DNA of 64,000 bases from Azolla caroliniana (taxonomy: Eukaryota; Plantae; Polypodiophyta). Shown here in pieces: positions 1 to 14,165 of this stretch. Where the stretch lies: assembly GCA_043228905.1 (NCBI GenBank), contig JBHGNT010000012.1, forward strand, positions 14,756,001 through 14,820,000, read 5' to 3'. Made by a program: the position numbers and the translations under genes. The notes under the pieces are model-generated. The model did not search any database. It saw nothing but the letters and a program-made list of their open reading frames with translations, and had not been told where the DNA came from. Each line of letters opens with the position of its first letter. Position 1 is the first letter of the stretch.

Positions 1-440
1 TTGTACGCGTTTTTCCTTTTTTCTACTTTTGGAAAACGCCTCTAACTTCATATCCCTTCAATCTCATTTTTCTTTTAACTCTTGAACCTTTCATTTTGTG
101 CTTTATTCTTATACACCTTAGCATTTGATGTATCTGCCATGGTCTTTTCTTACGAGCAAAAATTGACTTCACAAGAATCAAACTCAACTTCCCTAGTTTG
201 GGAACACACCCTAGTATACTCATGTGTGAACACCCTACTTCCTAATATAATAACTAGTGTTTCATAGAACCTTAAAGTTGTATGGCACATATTCAGTGTA
301 ATTAAGTCTCCACCTCTCTTTAGTTAGTGTTGGTTGTATAGACAGAACTTGACTATATAAGCACCTTTCTCTCCCTCTTTGTAATAGTTGCTTGTCTTAT
401 TCTTGTTAATATAGTTGGTTGACTATACAACTTAACTGTA

Positions 441-470
<30 letters not shown>

Positions 471-476
<6 letters not shown>

Positions 477-742
477 ACAATGCTCTGCCTTTGATACAAT
501 GCTCTGCCTTTGATCATATTCGACCATGCTTTACACATCTCTTCGATCAAGCCCAATCTTTGCATGAATTCCTCTCACAACCACAATGTGCACTCTCGAT
601 TGCAACATTCATTGGTAAAGTTCTTGAACATCGAGAGTCACTACTCACTTTCACACATATCACGTGAAATGTAATATTTTTGGTCTCATAGGTCATATTT
701 GACCTCCGAAGACGATAATATAATCTATCTATCTATCTATCT
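471..742 (+). mobile_element. 5'-truncated LINE 3' end (same family as 34278-38226) inserted in a (CT)n microsatellite
   Basis: Near-identical to the reverse complement of about 34278-34540. Encodes ...LIQCSAFDHIRPCFTHLFD...TFTHIT*, ends in an (ATCT)n tail, and is flanked on both sides by (CT)n. Confidence 0.9.
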
Positions 743-3381
743 CTCTCTCTCTCTCGACTATACACACACACATATCTCTTCCATTGCACAGAATCATATC
801 CAATTCTTTACATTCTCTAAGTGGGTGGTGTTGGTATCTAACGCAAGTTAGGACTATTCTAGAGAATGTATGATGAGGCATTCTCTAGAAGTTTCTAGAA
901 AGTTCTAATGCTCAATGTACAATGTAACAAGTTGAATTTTATACAAGGATATTCCACATATGGTGTTCTTGATACAAATTCCTAGTATAAATATATCTCA
1001 TACTGATGTAACCTAATATTTAGGTCAACATTGAGACATTAACCTCCTAAAACCGCCCCCCAATACCCGCAATCGGATTATGTGGGTACCGTTGAGGAAA
1101 AGCTCGAATGGCCTTTGGAGCATTTTCGCCGACTACACAGGTCAGCACAACCAAGTGATGATAGTCGGCATGATCCTTATACCAGTTGCCAGATATACGG
1201 ATCTCAAGGAAAAGGTCACGATGTACATCTTGTAAAGTGCAGGCATGCACCTTTGCTGATAGATTGATGGAAATCACAACAGTTATTAAAACAGTCCAAG
1301 GATGTCTTCACTTGGTCATTTGAAGCTATGAAAGGTCTAGATCCAGCCTTCTGTCAGCATCAAATACATCTACACAAGGACGCAAAACCGGTGCAACAGA
1401 GGCATTACAGGTTGAATCTGAATTATGCGATCAAAGTAAAACAAGAAATTGACAAATTACTCAGAGTCGGATTTATTCGACCAGTCAAAAAGGCAACGTG
1501 CTTGAGTTTGATCGTGGTCATACCTAAGAAGAATGGAAAAATTCGAGTATGTGACAATTACCGTAAACTCACTGCAGCAACGGTAACAAACGCATTTCCA
1601 TTACCGTTTACTGATGGCATCCTAGATGTTGTAGCTGGTCATGAAATGTATAGTTTTCTGGATGGTTTTAGCGGCTATAACCAAGTTCGCATGCATCCGG
1701 ATGACCAGGAGAAGACAACCTTTATAACGGAATGGGGAGTATTCGTGGCGGTAGTCATGATGTTCGGCTTAAAAACGGCTCCAGCAACATTCCGAAAGGT
1801 AATTCAAGAAATCTTTCATCATTATATTCCTTCATTTATGCAAGTATTTCTCGATGATTTTGTAGTCTACAGTCGGAAGACCTATCACTTGGAACATTTA
1901 TGATTGTGTTTAGAACGGTGTCGACAAGGCTGAGTTAGCCTTAATCCGGCTAAATGTGCATTCGGAGTAACAAGCGGCTCATTACTGGGTCATATTGTAA
2001 GCCAAGACGGAATAGCAGTCGATCCAGATAAGGGGAAGGCAATACTGAAAGCACCAGCACCAACCAATGCAAAAGGCCTCAATAGATTCTTAGGGCAAAT
2101 TCGATGGCATAGTAGGATGATTCGATATCTTGCCGATGTAGCAATTCCCTTGCATATAGCAGAACATAAGACGCCTGTCCAATGGATAACTATGGAGCAA
2201 TATGCAAATGATTGTTTAAAGAAAATGCTCACTAAAGTACAAGTCGTGCAATCTCCCGACTGGGACAAACCTTTTCATGTGTTCGTGGATGCGTTGGATA
2301 TAACGATCGGTAGTTCGTTAATGCAGTTGTCGGAGCCGAACTGGTACAAACCAGTCTATTATGCGAGTGGAAAACTTTCCATAGCTGAAAGAAACTATTC
2401 AACCACCGAAAGAGAGGCTCTAGGAACGATTTATAGTATTAATAAATTTCGCCACTACCTATTAGGGAGGAAATTTACATTTCATGTGGATCATTCAGCT
2501 CTACTGTATTTAGTTTCCAAACAGGAACTCACAGGGAAGTTAGCAAGATGGACGTTACTTCTTCAGGAATTTGAATTTGATATCCTTCATCGATTAGGAA
2601 TCCAACATGCTGTGGCAGATTAACTTAGTCGGTTAGAATCGGGAGAAGAAGGAACAAGAGTGAAGGATGATTTTCCCGATGATACACTTTTTCGAGTTAC
2701 TGATGCGTGGATCACTGAAATGACAATTTTTCTCACAACGGGTTTACCACCCAAGCATATGTCAATAGATGAAAGAAAATGGTTAGCACTCCGAAGTCCG
2801 AATTTTTGCATCTTAAATGACACATTATATCACAAGGGAGCTGATGAAATTTGGTGGTGTGTGGTTCGACACTTCGAAAAAGATAGAATTTTACGAGAAA
2901 CTCACTGCGGCATTGCCGGAGGACATTACATACGACAAGCTACGGCCAGGAAAATATGGAGCAGTGGGTTATGGTGGCCAACAATAACAAAAGATGTGGT
3001 TGAATACTCTCGACAATGTGATTTATGCCAAAGAATCAGACAACAAACTGAAAAGGATAGGATGCCTTTTCAACCTATTTTACCCCTAGAGCCATTTCAA
3101 AAATGGGCATTGGATTTTGTCGGACTCTTTAAGCCCGCAACGCTAAGGACTGAGAATCGATACATCATAGTAGCTACGGACTACTATACGAAATGGCTTG
3201 AGGCTAAACCTTTTCGGGAAAACACAACAACATCATTAGCAAAATTCCTTTACGAAAATATATGCTGCCGGTTCGGAGGTCCTATTGAGTTAGTGAGTGA
3301 TCAAGGTACCCATTACATTAATAAAATTGTACATGAATTATCTACATACTATGTAGTGGTACATAAGAAGAGTACTCCATA

Positions 3382-3836
3382 TGTTACGGGCATGACCATA
3401 TAATATCCCGTGGTAAGAATTTACCGTAGTATTCTATACACGTGGATAAGTGTGAGGGTTAAATGAGAGTGTAAAGAAGGGGAGGATTACTTTTAATCCT
3501 CGGGATTGAGACAACCCATTAGGTCAAGTGTGAACTTGCCTGGGGGCCTTGGGTTTCGCTATAAATAAGAGGCCTAGCTACCCTCATTTGATCATCTTTT
3601 GACTACATCGAGACTCTGCTCGTGTGGTGGGTCAACTCTTGTAGCGAGCGCGCCAGCACCAGGTACGACTCGACGCCACGGCGGTGGTATGGGACGCCGA
3701 TCGAGGCTCGAGTCCGTCTCGATCCCTTCGCTCGGGGGTGGTCGGGTGGATCGGCACCCTTCTTTCTCTTTCTCCTTTCTATCTATCTTTTCATTATCCT
3801 TATCTTAAGCTTACATTAGTACTATGATCTATAATA
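3382..3836 (+). repeat. 5' LTR of the chromovirus
   Basis: Direct repeat of 9944-10398; contains TATAAATA near 3560. Confidence 0.95.
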
Positions 3837-5523
3837 TTTGGTATCAGATTTTTTTACTAATGTTTCTTTGTTTTTCATTTGTCTTTTGATTGATGCTGAT
3901 CGATCATTGTGCGGTTGGCCTTGATCCAGACAACGATCAACAAAGAACTTCGGTAACTCTTTCCATATTTTTTTTTCTATTCTCTCTTCTCCCATCTAAT
4001 CATGTGTTTAGTTTATATGTAATTTTTTTCATTAAATCAATGATGTTGTAGTGGTCTTTAATTGATTATCTAAAACGTTTACATATGTGCACGAGGTCAA
4101 TACCTCGTTTGACATATTAATAATATGTGATGAGTGTCGTATGCGTACGAGGTTAATACCTCAATTACGTATTACGTTCACGAACATATGTTACGTTTGC
4201 GTATGAGTTTAATACCTTAATTTGTTGTAAACGATATGCGTTTGGTCTCGTATGCGTAAGAGGTCAATACCTCCATTGCGTATTACGATGATCTCTTATT
4301 TGTGGATGTTTCGTGTGCGTAGAGGTATATACCTCGATTACGTATCTCGATCACATCATTTGTGGCTATTTAATATAACGATATGTTTAATATAGGCATA
4401 TGTGGTCACATATATACGTATTTGATCGTATATATGTGAAAAGTAAACATATGTGTATATTCGTTATTACGTGATTATGTCGAAAGTTGTCATGGTCGGG
4501 AAAAGGATGTTGGTGGCCGTCCTCACATTTTTGTGAGAATGGCGTTGTCACCATTCCTTTTTCAACAATTTTTTATTGTTGATAACCCCGTTGATGACCT
4601 CGATTTCGTTACGTAAAGAAACGCAATAGCCATAATGATGTTGAGTACGTAGGGCTTGACCCACTTCAAGTGAGGTCGCTCCAATGACGCACGTATCCAA
4701 CATCCTTCCCTCGTTACATGGATACGATGCCACCATGAGCTCGTTCTTACGAGAGGCATTCGTAATGACGTGACCATGTGATGGCCCACGTGAGCCTACT
4801 ACGAAACGAGGGCTCATTTGGCTTCACCATTAGGTTGCACTTTGGCGTATGCCATCGTAATTACGAGACTTGAGGTTAGGTAACGTACCAACATAGTGTT
4901 GGTAAATGAGGGCGAAATAAGGACCCTTGACATATATGTTCTTTTAAAAAAACGTATATGATCAATTGCCTCGCATATCTCTTATACGCATCAAACATTA
5001 AGCATTCGAGAAGAGCAACTTACTTGGTTGGCTCAAGTGTTTAATGTATTTGTTCTCGAGGTCTCGAGTTCAAATATGACCAAGACCATACAACATCCTT
5101 GATACATATGACTATAACACATGTTTAGACTTAAGGTCTAAGTGCACCTCGGGGTCCTCGTAATAGGACTTAAAGAGCCGAAACCACTTATGTGGGCACC
5201 GAAACATAGTTTATTGTTAACATTTTTTTTCGTGTATAAACTATTCATGACGCGAACATACATGGTTGAGCCTCGGGGAGCCACCATGAAAAAATCGATA
5301 TAGAGATCAGGGAAAGACATTTATTTGTCACCCCCATGGTTTTTAAAACACCTTTGTGTTACCATAGTAACCTGATCTTGAACCTCATCTCATACGTCTA
5401 GAGGGGTATTGACGTGAGATAATGATATCGATTAATGCTCGCCCATGATATGTTTACATCACGACATGATGTTATGACTATATCTCTGACCTTATCCTAT
5501 TTCTTTTCCAGAAATAATCTTTA

Positions 5524-8500
5524 ATGGCTCAAATTAACGACCCGATGTCATCCGCTCAAGCGGAAGGAACTCAAGGGAATCCTCCTGGACAAATGTCCAC
5601 TGAGATGTATTTGGCACAAATAACCCAATACCTTAGTTTCACCGCTCAACAGATGACCGAACTTCGGCAATCTCAGAGTGCTCTTGAGGCACGTGTCATT
5701 AGTCTACAACGTGAGACTAATAGACCTGATGAGCGACAAGGTGAACCATCATTTGTCGTTAAGCCATTTACGGGAGACAAAAAGGAAAGAACCGAAGAAG
5801 CAATCTGCACATGGCTTGGACGATGGGAGTCTCATTTTGAGCTCTATCCCACGCCAGATAGTACGAAGATTGCATATGTCGGCCGAGAACTCGGGGGTAA
5901 GGCCGCCGCTTGGTGGCGTGGCCTCCGTACTATGGGGAAATTGCCCGATACCTGGACAGATTTTGTCACGGTTTTTAAGGGCCAATTTCTGCAACCTCCC
6001 TCTCGAACCGAGGCAGCACAAGCTTTAATGAACCTCTCTAGCAGGAAATTTTCCTCGCTAGAAGACTATGTTCACCATGCTAGAACCCAAATCCAAAAAT
6101 CGGGTCTAGAAGGGGACAATTGGTTGATAGCTTGTTTTGTCAATGGCATCCCCAATTCGGACTATCACTGGATAGTGCACGATAAGGATCCAAAATCCTT
6201 CGAAGAGGCCGTTGAAATAGTTCTTCGCTATCAACGCACTTCGAAGAAGGACCATAACAAACCCAACGAAGTGCCCGGGACTAAGCAGTCGCAATTTGTT
6301 GGGAAACGCAAGACACCCAACGAATTCCTGGATCGCGATTGTAAGCGACAACATCTTTTTTGTGTATTCTGCAAAAAGAAGGGTCATACAAAAGATCAAT
6401 GTCGAAAGCTCCAACGGAAAGAGCACGACAACAAAGCTAAAGCTGTAGACCATAAAGGTCAGATTCCTAATGTCCTTCAGGTCTATACACACCATTTAAG
6501 TAATTGTCAATGTTCTTTTCCTCACTATGTATTGGGTCCCAATGATTTACTACGTGCAAACGGGTATATCAATGGATCTCCCGTACAATTTTTATTTGAT
6601 TCGGGAAGCTCACACAATTTTGTGAATGATCGTTTGGTTCAGATATGGGGAATCCAACCCACCGTAAGTGATCACACCTACACGGTGCACTTGGCTGATG
6701 GAAGAGTACAATACATCAACGGGGCGATTCATTCATTAGGAATTTCTATTGATACTTATATAGAGGAAGTAGACTTCCATGTAATGAATCTTTGTACCAC
6801 CGATGTAATACTGGGTTATCCCTGGTTTTATAATAAAAACTCTTCTTTATTTATTGATTGGGTTCGACATTCCATTTCTTTTGTACTGAACGATTGTACG
6901 CATTTTATTCAATGTGTAAAAAAACAATCCCTCTCGATTGTTTCCTCGTGTCCATCAATATCCGAGTTGTCTTGTTCTACGTTATTTTATTGTGTACTTG
7001 ATCCGGACATTCACGTTTACAATATCGATAATGTCCCGATTCAGTTAACATATTTTGAACAACAACAACTTGATGAAATCTTAAATGATTTTCATGATGT
7101 TTTTCCAAGTGAACTACCTGATGGGTTACCTCCTAAACGTAATATAGACCATCGTATAGATATTGTACCTGGTGTTGCACCAATAAGTATACCTCCGTAT
7201 CGCTTAAGTCGATCCGAAGAAGATGAGGTATCTAAGCAACTCAAGGACTATTTACGAATGGGTTATATACGTTATAGTAAATCTCCATGGGGTGCACCAG
7301 TTCTCTTGGTTAAAAAGAAAGAGGGCACATGGCGTATGTGTATTAATTACCGACGCTTGAATAAAGTGACGATCAAGAATTCGTATCCATTGCCCCGGGC
7401 TGACGATCTAATTGACCGTCTCCAGGGAGCTCGGTATTTTACGAAACTTGATCTCCGTACTGGCTACCATCAAATACGAATAAGTGAGGACGATGTTCCT
7501 AAAACGGCATTTCGTACGCGCTATGGCCATTACGAGTTTTTGGTTATGCCTTTTGGTTTGACCAATGCTCCGGCTACTTTCCAACAAGAAATGAATGACA
7601 TTTTCCGAGAACAACTTGGAAAATTTGTCGTTATTTTCTTGGATGATATTTTAGTTTATAGCCGTACATTACAAGAACATGCTAGACATGTCCGCTTTGT
7701 TTTACAAACATTGCGTGACAAACAGTTTTATGCGAAGATCTCAAAATGTGAGTTCTTCAAGAAATCAATTACTTATCTAGGACATCTCATAACCGAACGA
7801 GGAGTTGAAATTGATCCTTCTCGCATTGAGAAAATCAAGCTTTGGCCCACTCTTCGGAATATTCGAGAAGTTCGATCATTCCTTGGTTTTGTGGGGTTTT
7901 TGCGAAAGTCTCTTCGTAATTACTCCCAATTGACGACGCCGTTTACTGATCTTTTAAAAGGTCAAACGCGTAAGTCTACAAAACCTATTGTGTGGAATGC
8001 TACACTAGACCTTGCATTTAAGGAACTCAAGGACCTGGTTTGCAAGGCTCCTTCACTTCTTTTACCCGATCCTTCAAAACCTTTTGAGGTTGAAACCGAT
8101 GCAAGCGATTATGCTATAGGTGCTGTCTTGTATCAAGATGGTAAACCAATAGCATTCGAGAGTAAGAAACTTGATTCTGCTCAATGTCGGTATACCGTTC
8201 AAGAAAAGGAATTATTTGCAGTTATACATGCGCTCAAAACATGGCGCCATTATCTTTATGGAAATCACTTTGTGGTAACTACGGACCACGAGTCCTTGAA
8301 ATATTTTTGTGACCAACAAGACCTGAAAGGTCGTAAGGCACGATGGGCTGATCTCATCCAGGACTTTGATTTTTCCATACGATATCGTAAAGGTTCCATG
8401 AACACTGTCGCTGATGCACTAAGTCGCATCCGTGAAGTTAACATGCTTAGCTTCACTGAAATATCATCAGATCTTTATGATCACCTTCGAGGAAAGTATC

Positions 8501-9957
8501 CTGATGACAGTTATTTCGCAAAATACTGGGCAAGAGTTGAGTCTGGAACAGACACCACCACATCCTCGAAGGAATACTTCTACATTGCTTACGGTTTGCT
8601 CTACCGTAATGGGAAGGTTTGTGTTCCAGATTTACCCGAGGTCAAAAAGAGGATTCTTTTTGAATGCCATGATGCACCCTCCGCAGGGCACCCTGGAATA
8701 CATCGTACACTCGTTCTTATCTCCACTCAATTTTATTGGCCTAAGATGCGTCCTGACATACATAGCTATGTGACTAAATGTCACCAGTGTCAGGTTAACA
8801 AAGCCGAGCGACTTAAAGCCGCAGGACTTTTACATCCCTTGGACATTCCCAATAATAAGTGGGAAAGTATATCCATGGATTTTATTGTTAGCCTTCCTCG
8901 CACCCAAAAAGGTCATGATGCCATCTGGGTTGTCGTTGATCGACTAACTAAAATGGCCAGATTTATTGCTACTAAAACCACGGTAACAGCTCCTGAATTG
9001 GCTTACCAATTCGTTGACGAATTGTTTCGTTTTTATGGGTTACCGATGGATATCGTGAGTGATCGAGATCCAAAGTTTACTAGTGACTTCTGGACACAAG
9101 TCTTTAAGAAGTTAGAAACTACGTTGAGCATGAGCTCCACGGATCATCCTCAATCCGATGGACAGACAGAACGAGTAAATCAAATTATTGAGGACATGCT
9201 TCGAGCATACGTTGGTGCAAAACCAACAAAATGGGAACGTTATCTCCCAATTTTGGAGTTTGCTTATAACAGCTCCAAGCATACGTCGACGGGATATAGT
9301 CCTTTTATGTTGATGTATGGTTTTCAGCCACGAGCCCCGATTGATGTTACTATACATCATGATGAGTTGCGAAGTACGCAAAACTTTCTTCGGGATATGC
9401 AAGATATGTTGCATATTGCACGAGATAATATAAAAACAGCTCAAGATAGAGCGCGTTTTTATGCCGATCATCATAGGCAACCTCGTGTATTCAACCTTGG
9501 ACAGAAGGTATTTTTACGTGTACCTCACAATTCTAAGACATTGTCTACGGGTAAGTGCGCTAAGTTAGCCCCACGGTTTTGTGGACCTTTTACAGTCCTC
9601 AAACGCATTGGGTCATCAGCCTATCGTCTCGCTCTTCCCGATGGTGTCGGAATTCATCCAGTCTTTCATGTGAGTCGTCTAAAAGAACTTCTAGGTTCTG
9701 GCGACAATACAGTTACGACTGAAACTCTGGTTACTTCTGAAGAATTATCTTCTAAACCACATGTGCCAGAAAGAATTCTCGATGTTAAAACAAAAAAATT
9801 ACGTACTAAAGAAATCCGAGAATTCAAAATAAAATGGATGGATAAATCAATAAAAGATGCCACATGGGAACGCGAAAATACTCTTAGAACTAACTTCCCT
9901 AACTTTCCATTGCAAGAGTGCAATGTTTTAAAGAGGGGGAGTATGTTACGGGCATGA
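5524..9957 (+). CDS. Single-ORF gag-pol polyprotein, 1477 aa (gag, zinc knuckle, protease, RT, RNase H, integrase, chromodomain-like tail)
   Basis: Motifs [51 protein letters not shown] and PERILD...KIKW...ATWE. No internal stops. Confidence 0.95.
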   Translation: MAQINDPMSSAQAEGTQGNPPGQMSTEMYLAQITQYLSFTAQQMTELRQSQSALEARVISLQRETNRPDERQGEPSFVVKPFTGDKKERTEEAICTWLGRWESHFELYPTPDSTKIAYVGRELGGKAAAWWRGLRTMGKLPDTWTDFVTVFKGQFLQPPSRTEAAQALMNLSSRKFSSLEDYVHHARTQIQKSGLEGDNWLIACFVNGIPNSDYHWIVHDKDPKSFEEAVEIVLRYQRTSKKDHNKPNEVPGTKQSQFVGKRKTPNEFLDRDCKRQHLFCVFCKKKGHTKDQCRKLQRKEHDNKAKAVDHKGQIPNVLQVYTHHLSNCQCSFPHYVLGPNDLLRANGYINGSPVQFLFDSGSSHNFVNDRLVQIWGIQPTVSDHTYTVHLADGRVQYINGAIHSLGISIDTYIEEVDFHVMNLCTTDVILGYPWFYNKNSSLFIDWVRHSISFVLNDCTHFIQCVKKQSLSIVSSCPSISELSCSTLFYCVLDPDIHVYNIDNVPIQLTYFEQQQLDEILNDFHDVFPSELPDGLPPKRNIDHRIDIVPGVAPISIPPYRLSRSEEDEVSKQLKDYLRMGYIRYSKSPWGAPVLLVKKKEGTWRMCINYRRLNKVTIKNSYPLPRADDLIDRLQGARYFTKLDLRTGYHQIRISEDDVPKTAFRTRYGHYEFLVMPFGLTNAPATFQQEMNDIFREQLGKFVVIFLDDILVYSRTLQEHARHVRFVLQTLRDKQFYAKISKCEFFKKSITYLGHLITERGVEIDPSRIEKIKLWPTLRNIREVRSFLGFVGFLRKSLRNYSQLTTPFTDLLKGQTRKSTKPIVWNATLDLAFKELKDLVCKAPSLLLPDPSKPFEVETDASDYAIGAVLYQDGKPIAFESKKLDSAQCRYTVQEKELFAVIHALKTWRHYLYGNHFVVTTDHESLKYFCDQQDLKGRKARWADLIQDFDFSIRYRKGSMNTVADALSRIREVNMLSFTEISSDLYDHLRGKYPDDSYFAKYWARVESGTDTTTSSKEYFYIAYGLLYRNGKVCVPDLPEVKKRILFECHDAPSAGHPGIHRTLVLISTQFYWPKMRPDIHSYVTKCHQCQVNKAERLKAAGLLHPLDIPNNKWESISMDFIVSLPRTQKGHDAIWVVVDRLTKMARFIATKTTVTAPELAYQFVDELFRFYGLPMDIVSDRDPKFTSDFWTQVFKKLETTLSMSSTDHPQSDGQTERVNQIIEDMLRAYVGAKPTKWERYLPILEFAYNSSKHTSTGYSPFMLMYGFQPRAPIDVTIHHDELRSTQNFLRDMQDMLHIARDNIKTAQDRARFYADHHRQPRVFNLGQKVFLRVPHNSKTLSTGKCAKLAPRFCGPFTVLKRIGSSAYRLALPDGVGIHPVFHVSRLKELLGSGDNTVTTETLVTSEELSSKPHVPERILDVKTKKLRTKEIREFKIKWMDKSIKDATWERENTLRTNFPNFPLQECNVLKRGSMLRA

Positions 9958-10398
9958 CCATATAATATCCCGTGGTAAGAATTTACCGTAGTATTCTATA
10001 CACGTGGATAAGTGTGAGGGTTAAATGAGAGTGTAAAGAAGGGGAGGATTACTTTTAATCCTCGGGATTGAGACAACCCATTAGGTCAAGTGTGAACTTG
10101 CCTGGGGGCCTTGGGTTTCGCTATAAATAAGAGGCCTAGCTACCCTCATTTGATCATCTTTTGACTACATCGAGACTCTGCTCGTGTGGTGGGTCAACTC
10201 TTGTAGCGAGCGCGCCAGCACCAGGTACGACTCGACGCCACGGCGGTGGTATGGGACGCCGATCGAGGCTCGAGTCCGTCTCGATCCCTTCGCTCGGGGG
10301 TGGTCGGGTGGATCGGCACCCTTCTTTCTCTTTCTCCATTCTATCTATCTTTTCATTATCCTTATCTTAAGCTTACATTAGTACTATGATCTATAATA
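9944..10398 (+). repeat. 3' LTR of the chromovirus
   Basis: Direct repeat of 3382-3836. Confidence 0.95.
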
Positions 10399-11413
10399 CC
10401 ATACCATCCTCAAGCCAATGGATTGGCAGAATCCACCAACAAGACACTGCAAATGATTTTATAGAAAATAGTTAATGAAAATAGGACAGATTCGGACCAG
10501 AAATTAAATAGTGCTTTATGGGCGTACCGGACTTCATACAAAACGTCCATTAAATTGACTCCATTTAGAATGGCATTCAGATTGGAAGCAGTAATGCCGG
10601 TAGAATTTCAAGTTTCGACACTTCGGGTACAAGTTATAGAATGATTAGACGAAGAACATTCAGAACAAGTTCGGAAACGACAACTCCTTTTAGAGGAAAG
10701 CAGAATACAAGCTATGACTGCACTAGAGCAAAAACAAAGGCAAACAAAGGCATTTGTGGACTGACATTGACGACAGAAGGAAAAATTCTTTGTAGTCAGA
10801 AAACCAGTCTTGGTCTTTTAGACTAGAAAGGGTTTAATGGCCGGAAAATTGCGATTTCGGTGGACAAGACCATTCTGGATAGTTAACAGTAAAAATGGAA
10901 TGTATCAAGTCGGTACACTGTTAGAAGATATTCTACCAAAATGGGTGAGTGGTTTTTGACTGAAACCATATCACGGACCAATGCCAGAAAATCCTTTTCG
11001 GGTCGGAGATCAATTCGGCACACCCTGACGTGGTATTGACCACCAATGTAAATAGTAATTAATTAAAATAAATAATATATATATATAACATAACTAATTA
11101 TCCAAGCATGATGACTTCTTGGCATAGTCTTGTTAAGACTATAAATTCCCAAATCAGAAAATCATGCAACATTCATTACGAGGGGTGGAGTTATTATTGC
11201 TATTTCTGTACTATAATAGCATTAATAGTATATTCTTTTTTCTCTAAAAACTATGAAACTCTTAATCTCTCTAAAACATACCCTTTCATGTTCTATGTTG
11301 CCATAGAAACAAAAAATACTTAGAGCACAAAAATTTTCTGCCTCGTCTCTCTACACATAGAAACCTTCATCGCCATCGCTGCAAGTTTTTGATCTCTCAC
11401 AAGAGGAAGAAAT

Positions 11414-11785
11414 CATGCCAATTGAGGTCTCTGAAGAACTCCAACAGTGGCTCTAGAACAGAGGATTACAGGAATACCTACAAATTGCGGATTCTGAACC
11501 GCATCCGCACACCGCCCAGATCATTCAACAACTCAACATAACCAAAATCACGAATAAACATGTATGTCGATTACTAAATCTGAAAAGGGAAGGATTCGAT
11601 GATATGCAAAAACTTGACTCAGATGTTTTGAGGTCATATTTTGGGGAATGTTCACCATCAGCGAAAGCCTATCAAACACAAGGTGGGGAAGATGAGTTCT
11701 TGCATCAGGTCCCGAAATTCCTGCTGAGATTGCTTTTGTAAGTCCTCGTTTCTATTGCATGCCTAAGAAAAGGGCAGGATTTATA
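11414..11785 (+). pseudogene. N-terminal part of the 3' accessory ORF of the non-chromoviral gypsy family
   Basis: Reads MPIEVSEELQQWL*NRGLQEYL...LRSYFGECSPSAKAYQTQGG, which aligns with LKEYFGMYSMSRKAYCTYGG at 27690-27928 and with 63043-63594. Confidence 0.65.
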
Positions 11786-11789
11786 ATAT

Positions 11790-12610
11790 CCACAGAGAAT
11801 TCTCTTTTTGACCTCAGGCAAATCTGGAACACAAACCTTCCCATTACGATAGAGCAGACCATTAGCAATGTGGAAGGATTCCTTCGAGGATGTGATGGTG
11901 TCTGTTCCAGACTCAACTCTTGCCCAGTATTTCACAAAATAACTGTCATCAAGATACTTTCCTCGAAGGTGATCATAAAGATCTGATGTTATTTCAGTGA
12001 AGCTAAGCATGTTACCTTCACGGATGTGACTTAGTTCATCAGCGATAGTATTCATGGAACCTTTACGATATCGTATGGAAAAATCAAAGTCCTGGATGAG
12101 ATCAGCCCATCGTGCCTTAAGACCTTTCAGTTCTTGTTGGTCACAAAAATATTTGAAGGACTAGTGGTCCGTAGTTACCACAAAATGATTTCCATAAAGA
12201 TAATGGCGTCATTTTTTGAGCGCATGTATAACTGCAAATAATTCCTTTCATTGAACGGTATATCGACATTGAGTAGAATCAAGTTTCTTACTCTCGAATG
12301 TTATTGGTTTACCATCTTGATATAAGACAACACCTATAGCATAATTGCTTGCATCGGTTTCAACCTCAAAAGGTTTTGAAGGATTGGGTAAAAGAAGTGA
12401 AGGAGCCTTGCACACTAGGTCCTTGAGTTCCTTAAAGGCGAGGTCTAGTGTAGCATTCCAGACAATAGGTTTTGTAGACTTACGCATTTGACCTTTTAGA
12501 AGATAAGTAAATGGTGTCGTCTATTGGGAGTAATTGCGAAGGGATTTTCGCAAAAACCTGACAATACCAAGGAATGATCGAACTTCTAGAATATTCCGAA
12601 GAGTGGACCA
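11790..12610 (-). pseudogene. Inverted degenerate RNase H/linker fragment of the 3382-10398 chromovirus family
   Basis: Reverse complement closely matches about 7845-8660 ([16 protein letters not shown]...[14 protein letters not shown]), with stop codons. Confidence 0.9.
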
Positions 12611-12614
12611 GTAG

Positions 12615-13807
12615 TGTTGAACGTTCGATCCCCGAACGTTCTATCAAAAATTGTGGAGTACGAATGGAATACTAAATTACTCCTACGTAGACAAACGATA
12701 CAATATACTTGTATCATGATCGACTAATTGGTATAAAACAATTATGATTAGTATATAAATGAACAAAATCCGAAATGGAAATAATATTTTGAACAACACC
12801 ACACAGGTCTTTACTACTAACTAATAACTATATTAACTTCCAAAATAGACGACGTTGTTACAATGCTCTTGGTTCCATTTGATAGGTAACCCGAGAGGCT
12901 AACTGATTAAGAATTACAACTTGCCTTATTGGTAAGAACTATTAAAACTCTAACCAACTCTAATATTCGTAATTACTTTTTATCTAGTCGGCGAAATTGC
13001 TGACTCATCGATCCGCCTCGTCGATCTGACTCTGACTCTGTCTTTTCCGAACATTTTCGACTCTGACGCTTTCATACTTGTCTGACGCCTTCCATGACTA
13101 GCTAACAGTTGGCACGCCTGTGGGTCAGGTCCTGGCCCGATCGAACCCAGGGTTATGGTCTACTCTTGATAATCGGGTTGGGGTCGTCGTCCATATCATC
13201 CTCGTCATCGTCATGTAGAATATCAAACAATGATGGTTCCTCCTCGTCGCCGTGGTCGGTGTTGGTGTCGTCGTCGGCGATGCCTTCTTCTTCGTCAGCG
13301 TTCTAGGCTGTTGGTGGTTGTTGTGATGTTGTTGGGGCTTTGAGGTTTGGTGTTTGACTTCATTTGGTTTGTTCATAACAATCTAATTGGACAGAAGTGT
13401 CAATTTCATGCTTAACAAATTCCTGCATTAGCCAAGTTATCTCTTCCCGATGACTAGCATCCATGTCATACAAGTCTCTAACAATATCTTCTTGTATGGT
13501 GGATATTGCTTCCTCTATCATTTTGAAGAATCTTGGCCCCTGTGTTTTTCGGTTATCCCTATCGGCACACAAGATTTGTAATTCTTCTGCCTGTGCCGAC
13601 CAGGTCTTCCATCCTTTGTCGAGTGAGTCGGATACTAGTTTTAAAGTGTTGAGTTTGTGGCGATTTAGTATTGCTCTGATTTTTTCTTCGCCCATACTCG
13701 CATTGTATTGTGTCGCAGCCAGTTGCTTTTGTAAGTCTTTTATCTGTGCATTTGTCGCTCCTTCTGCTTGCATGAGTTTTGCTTCGACTACCAATAGATC
13801 TAGTCTT
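12615..13807 (-). mobile_element. 3' fragment of a non-chromoviral gypsy element (coiled-coil accessory ORF remnant; possible LTR from 12615). It is the target of the DNA transposon and continues at 23030-23057.
   Basis: ORF 13360-13807 (KIRAILNRHK...WKTWSAQA...FFKMIEEAI) is homologous to 50046-50693 (KIKILINKYR...WQEWSAQA...FYKMDDTSI). Confidence 0.65.
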
Positions 13808-13843
13808 AACACGTTCGCGTTCACAAGTGGAAGGATCGCGCAT
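13808..13843 (+). repeat. Left terminal inverted repeat
   Basis: 35/36 match to the reverse complement of 22994-23029. Confidence 0.93.
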
Positions 13844-14165
13844 AAATGGAAGGATAAGGGAAATTTTAGGGTTTTTTCAATGATTTTACAAAACACATTG
13901 ATACCAGTATCATACAAGTTCAAACATACTATGAAAAAGGTTAAAAATCCACTATTTTCGTGATTTAGAAGTAACTAAAAAAAGACGAATTTCAAAAACA
14001 TACATTCTCAATTTATATCACAAACTTTACAACCAATGTTATTTTATAAGAAACGATTTTTGGGAAATCATAAGAATTCAAAACACATGATTTTATATTA
14101 CTCGATTTGTTACAAGCGGAATGTAGTTACACTTAATAGCCAAATATACATTCATGATCACTCCT

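Larger units (their letters stand above)
3382..10398 (+). mobile_element. Intact young Ty3/gypsy chromovirus
   Basis: 455-bp LTRs at 3382-3836 and 9944-10398 (one difference seen). TSD CCATA at 3377-3381 and 10399-10403. PBS TGGTATCAG (tRNA-iMet) at 3839. PPT AAGAGGGGGAG just before 9944. Confidence 0.97.
1250..11790 (+). mobile_element. Degenerate non-chromoviral Ty3/gypsy element (RT-RNaseH-INT plus 3' accessory ORF), split by the insertion at 3382-10398
   Basis: RT motifs LDGFSGYNQ and FLDD; RNase H NYSTTEREAL; integrase H..H..C..C zinc finger and SDQG. The integrase reading STPY|HPQANG resumes after 10403. Many stop codons; outer boundaries approximate. Confidence 0.85.

Noticed and set aside
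1-1250. Host gene or solo LTR in the first 1.2 kb
   Set aside because: Apart from the LINE fragment I could not support any ORF, repeat partner or boundary.
3599-3819. Short ORFs in LTRs and the many antisense ORFs over the GC-rich copia and gag-only elements
   Set aside because: They are shadows of real ORFs or LTR duplicates with no recognisable motifs.
12605-12645. Helitron 3' hairpin or CACTA terminus (GTAGTG plus GAACGTTCG...CGAACGTTC)
   Set aside because: I found no matching opposite end and no Rep/helicase or CACTA transposase. It is more simply read as an LTR terminus starting TGTTG.
13808-13923. N-terminus of ORF 13360-13923 as a real protein start
   Set aside because: It reads through the transposon TIR. 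The true upstream codons are at 23030-23057.
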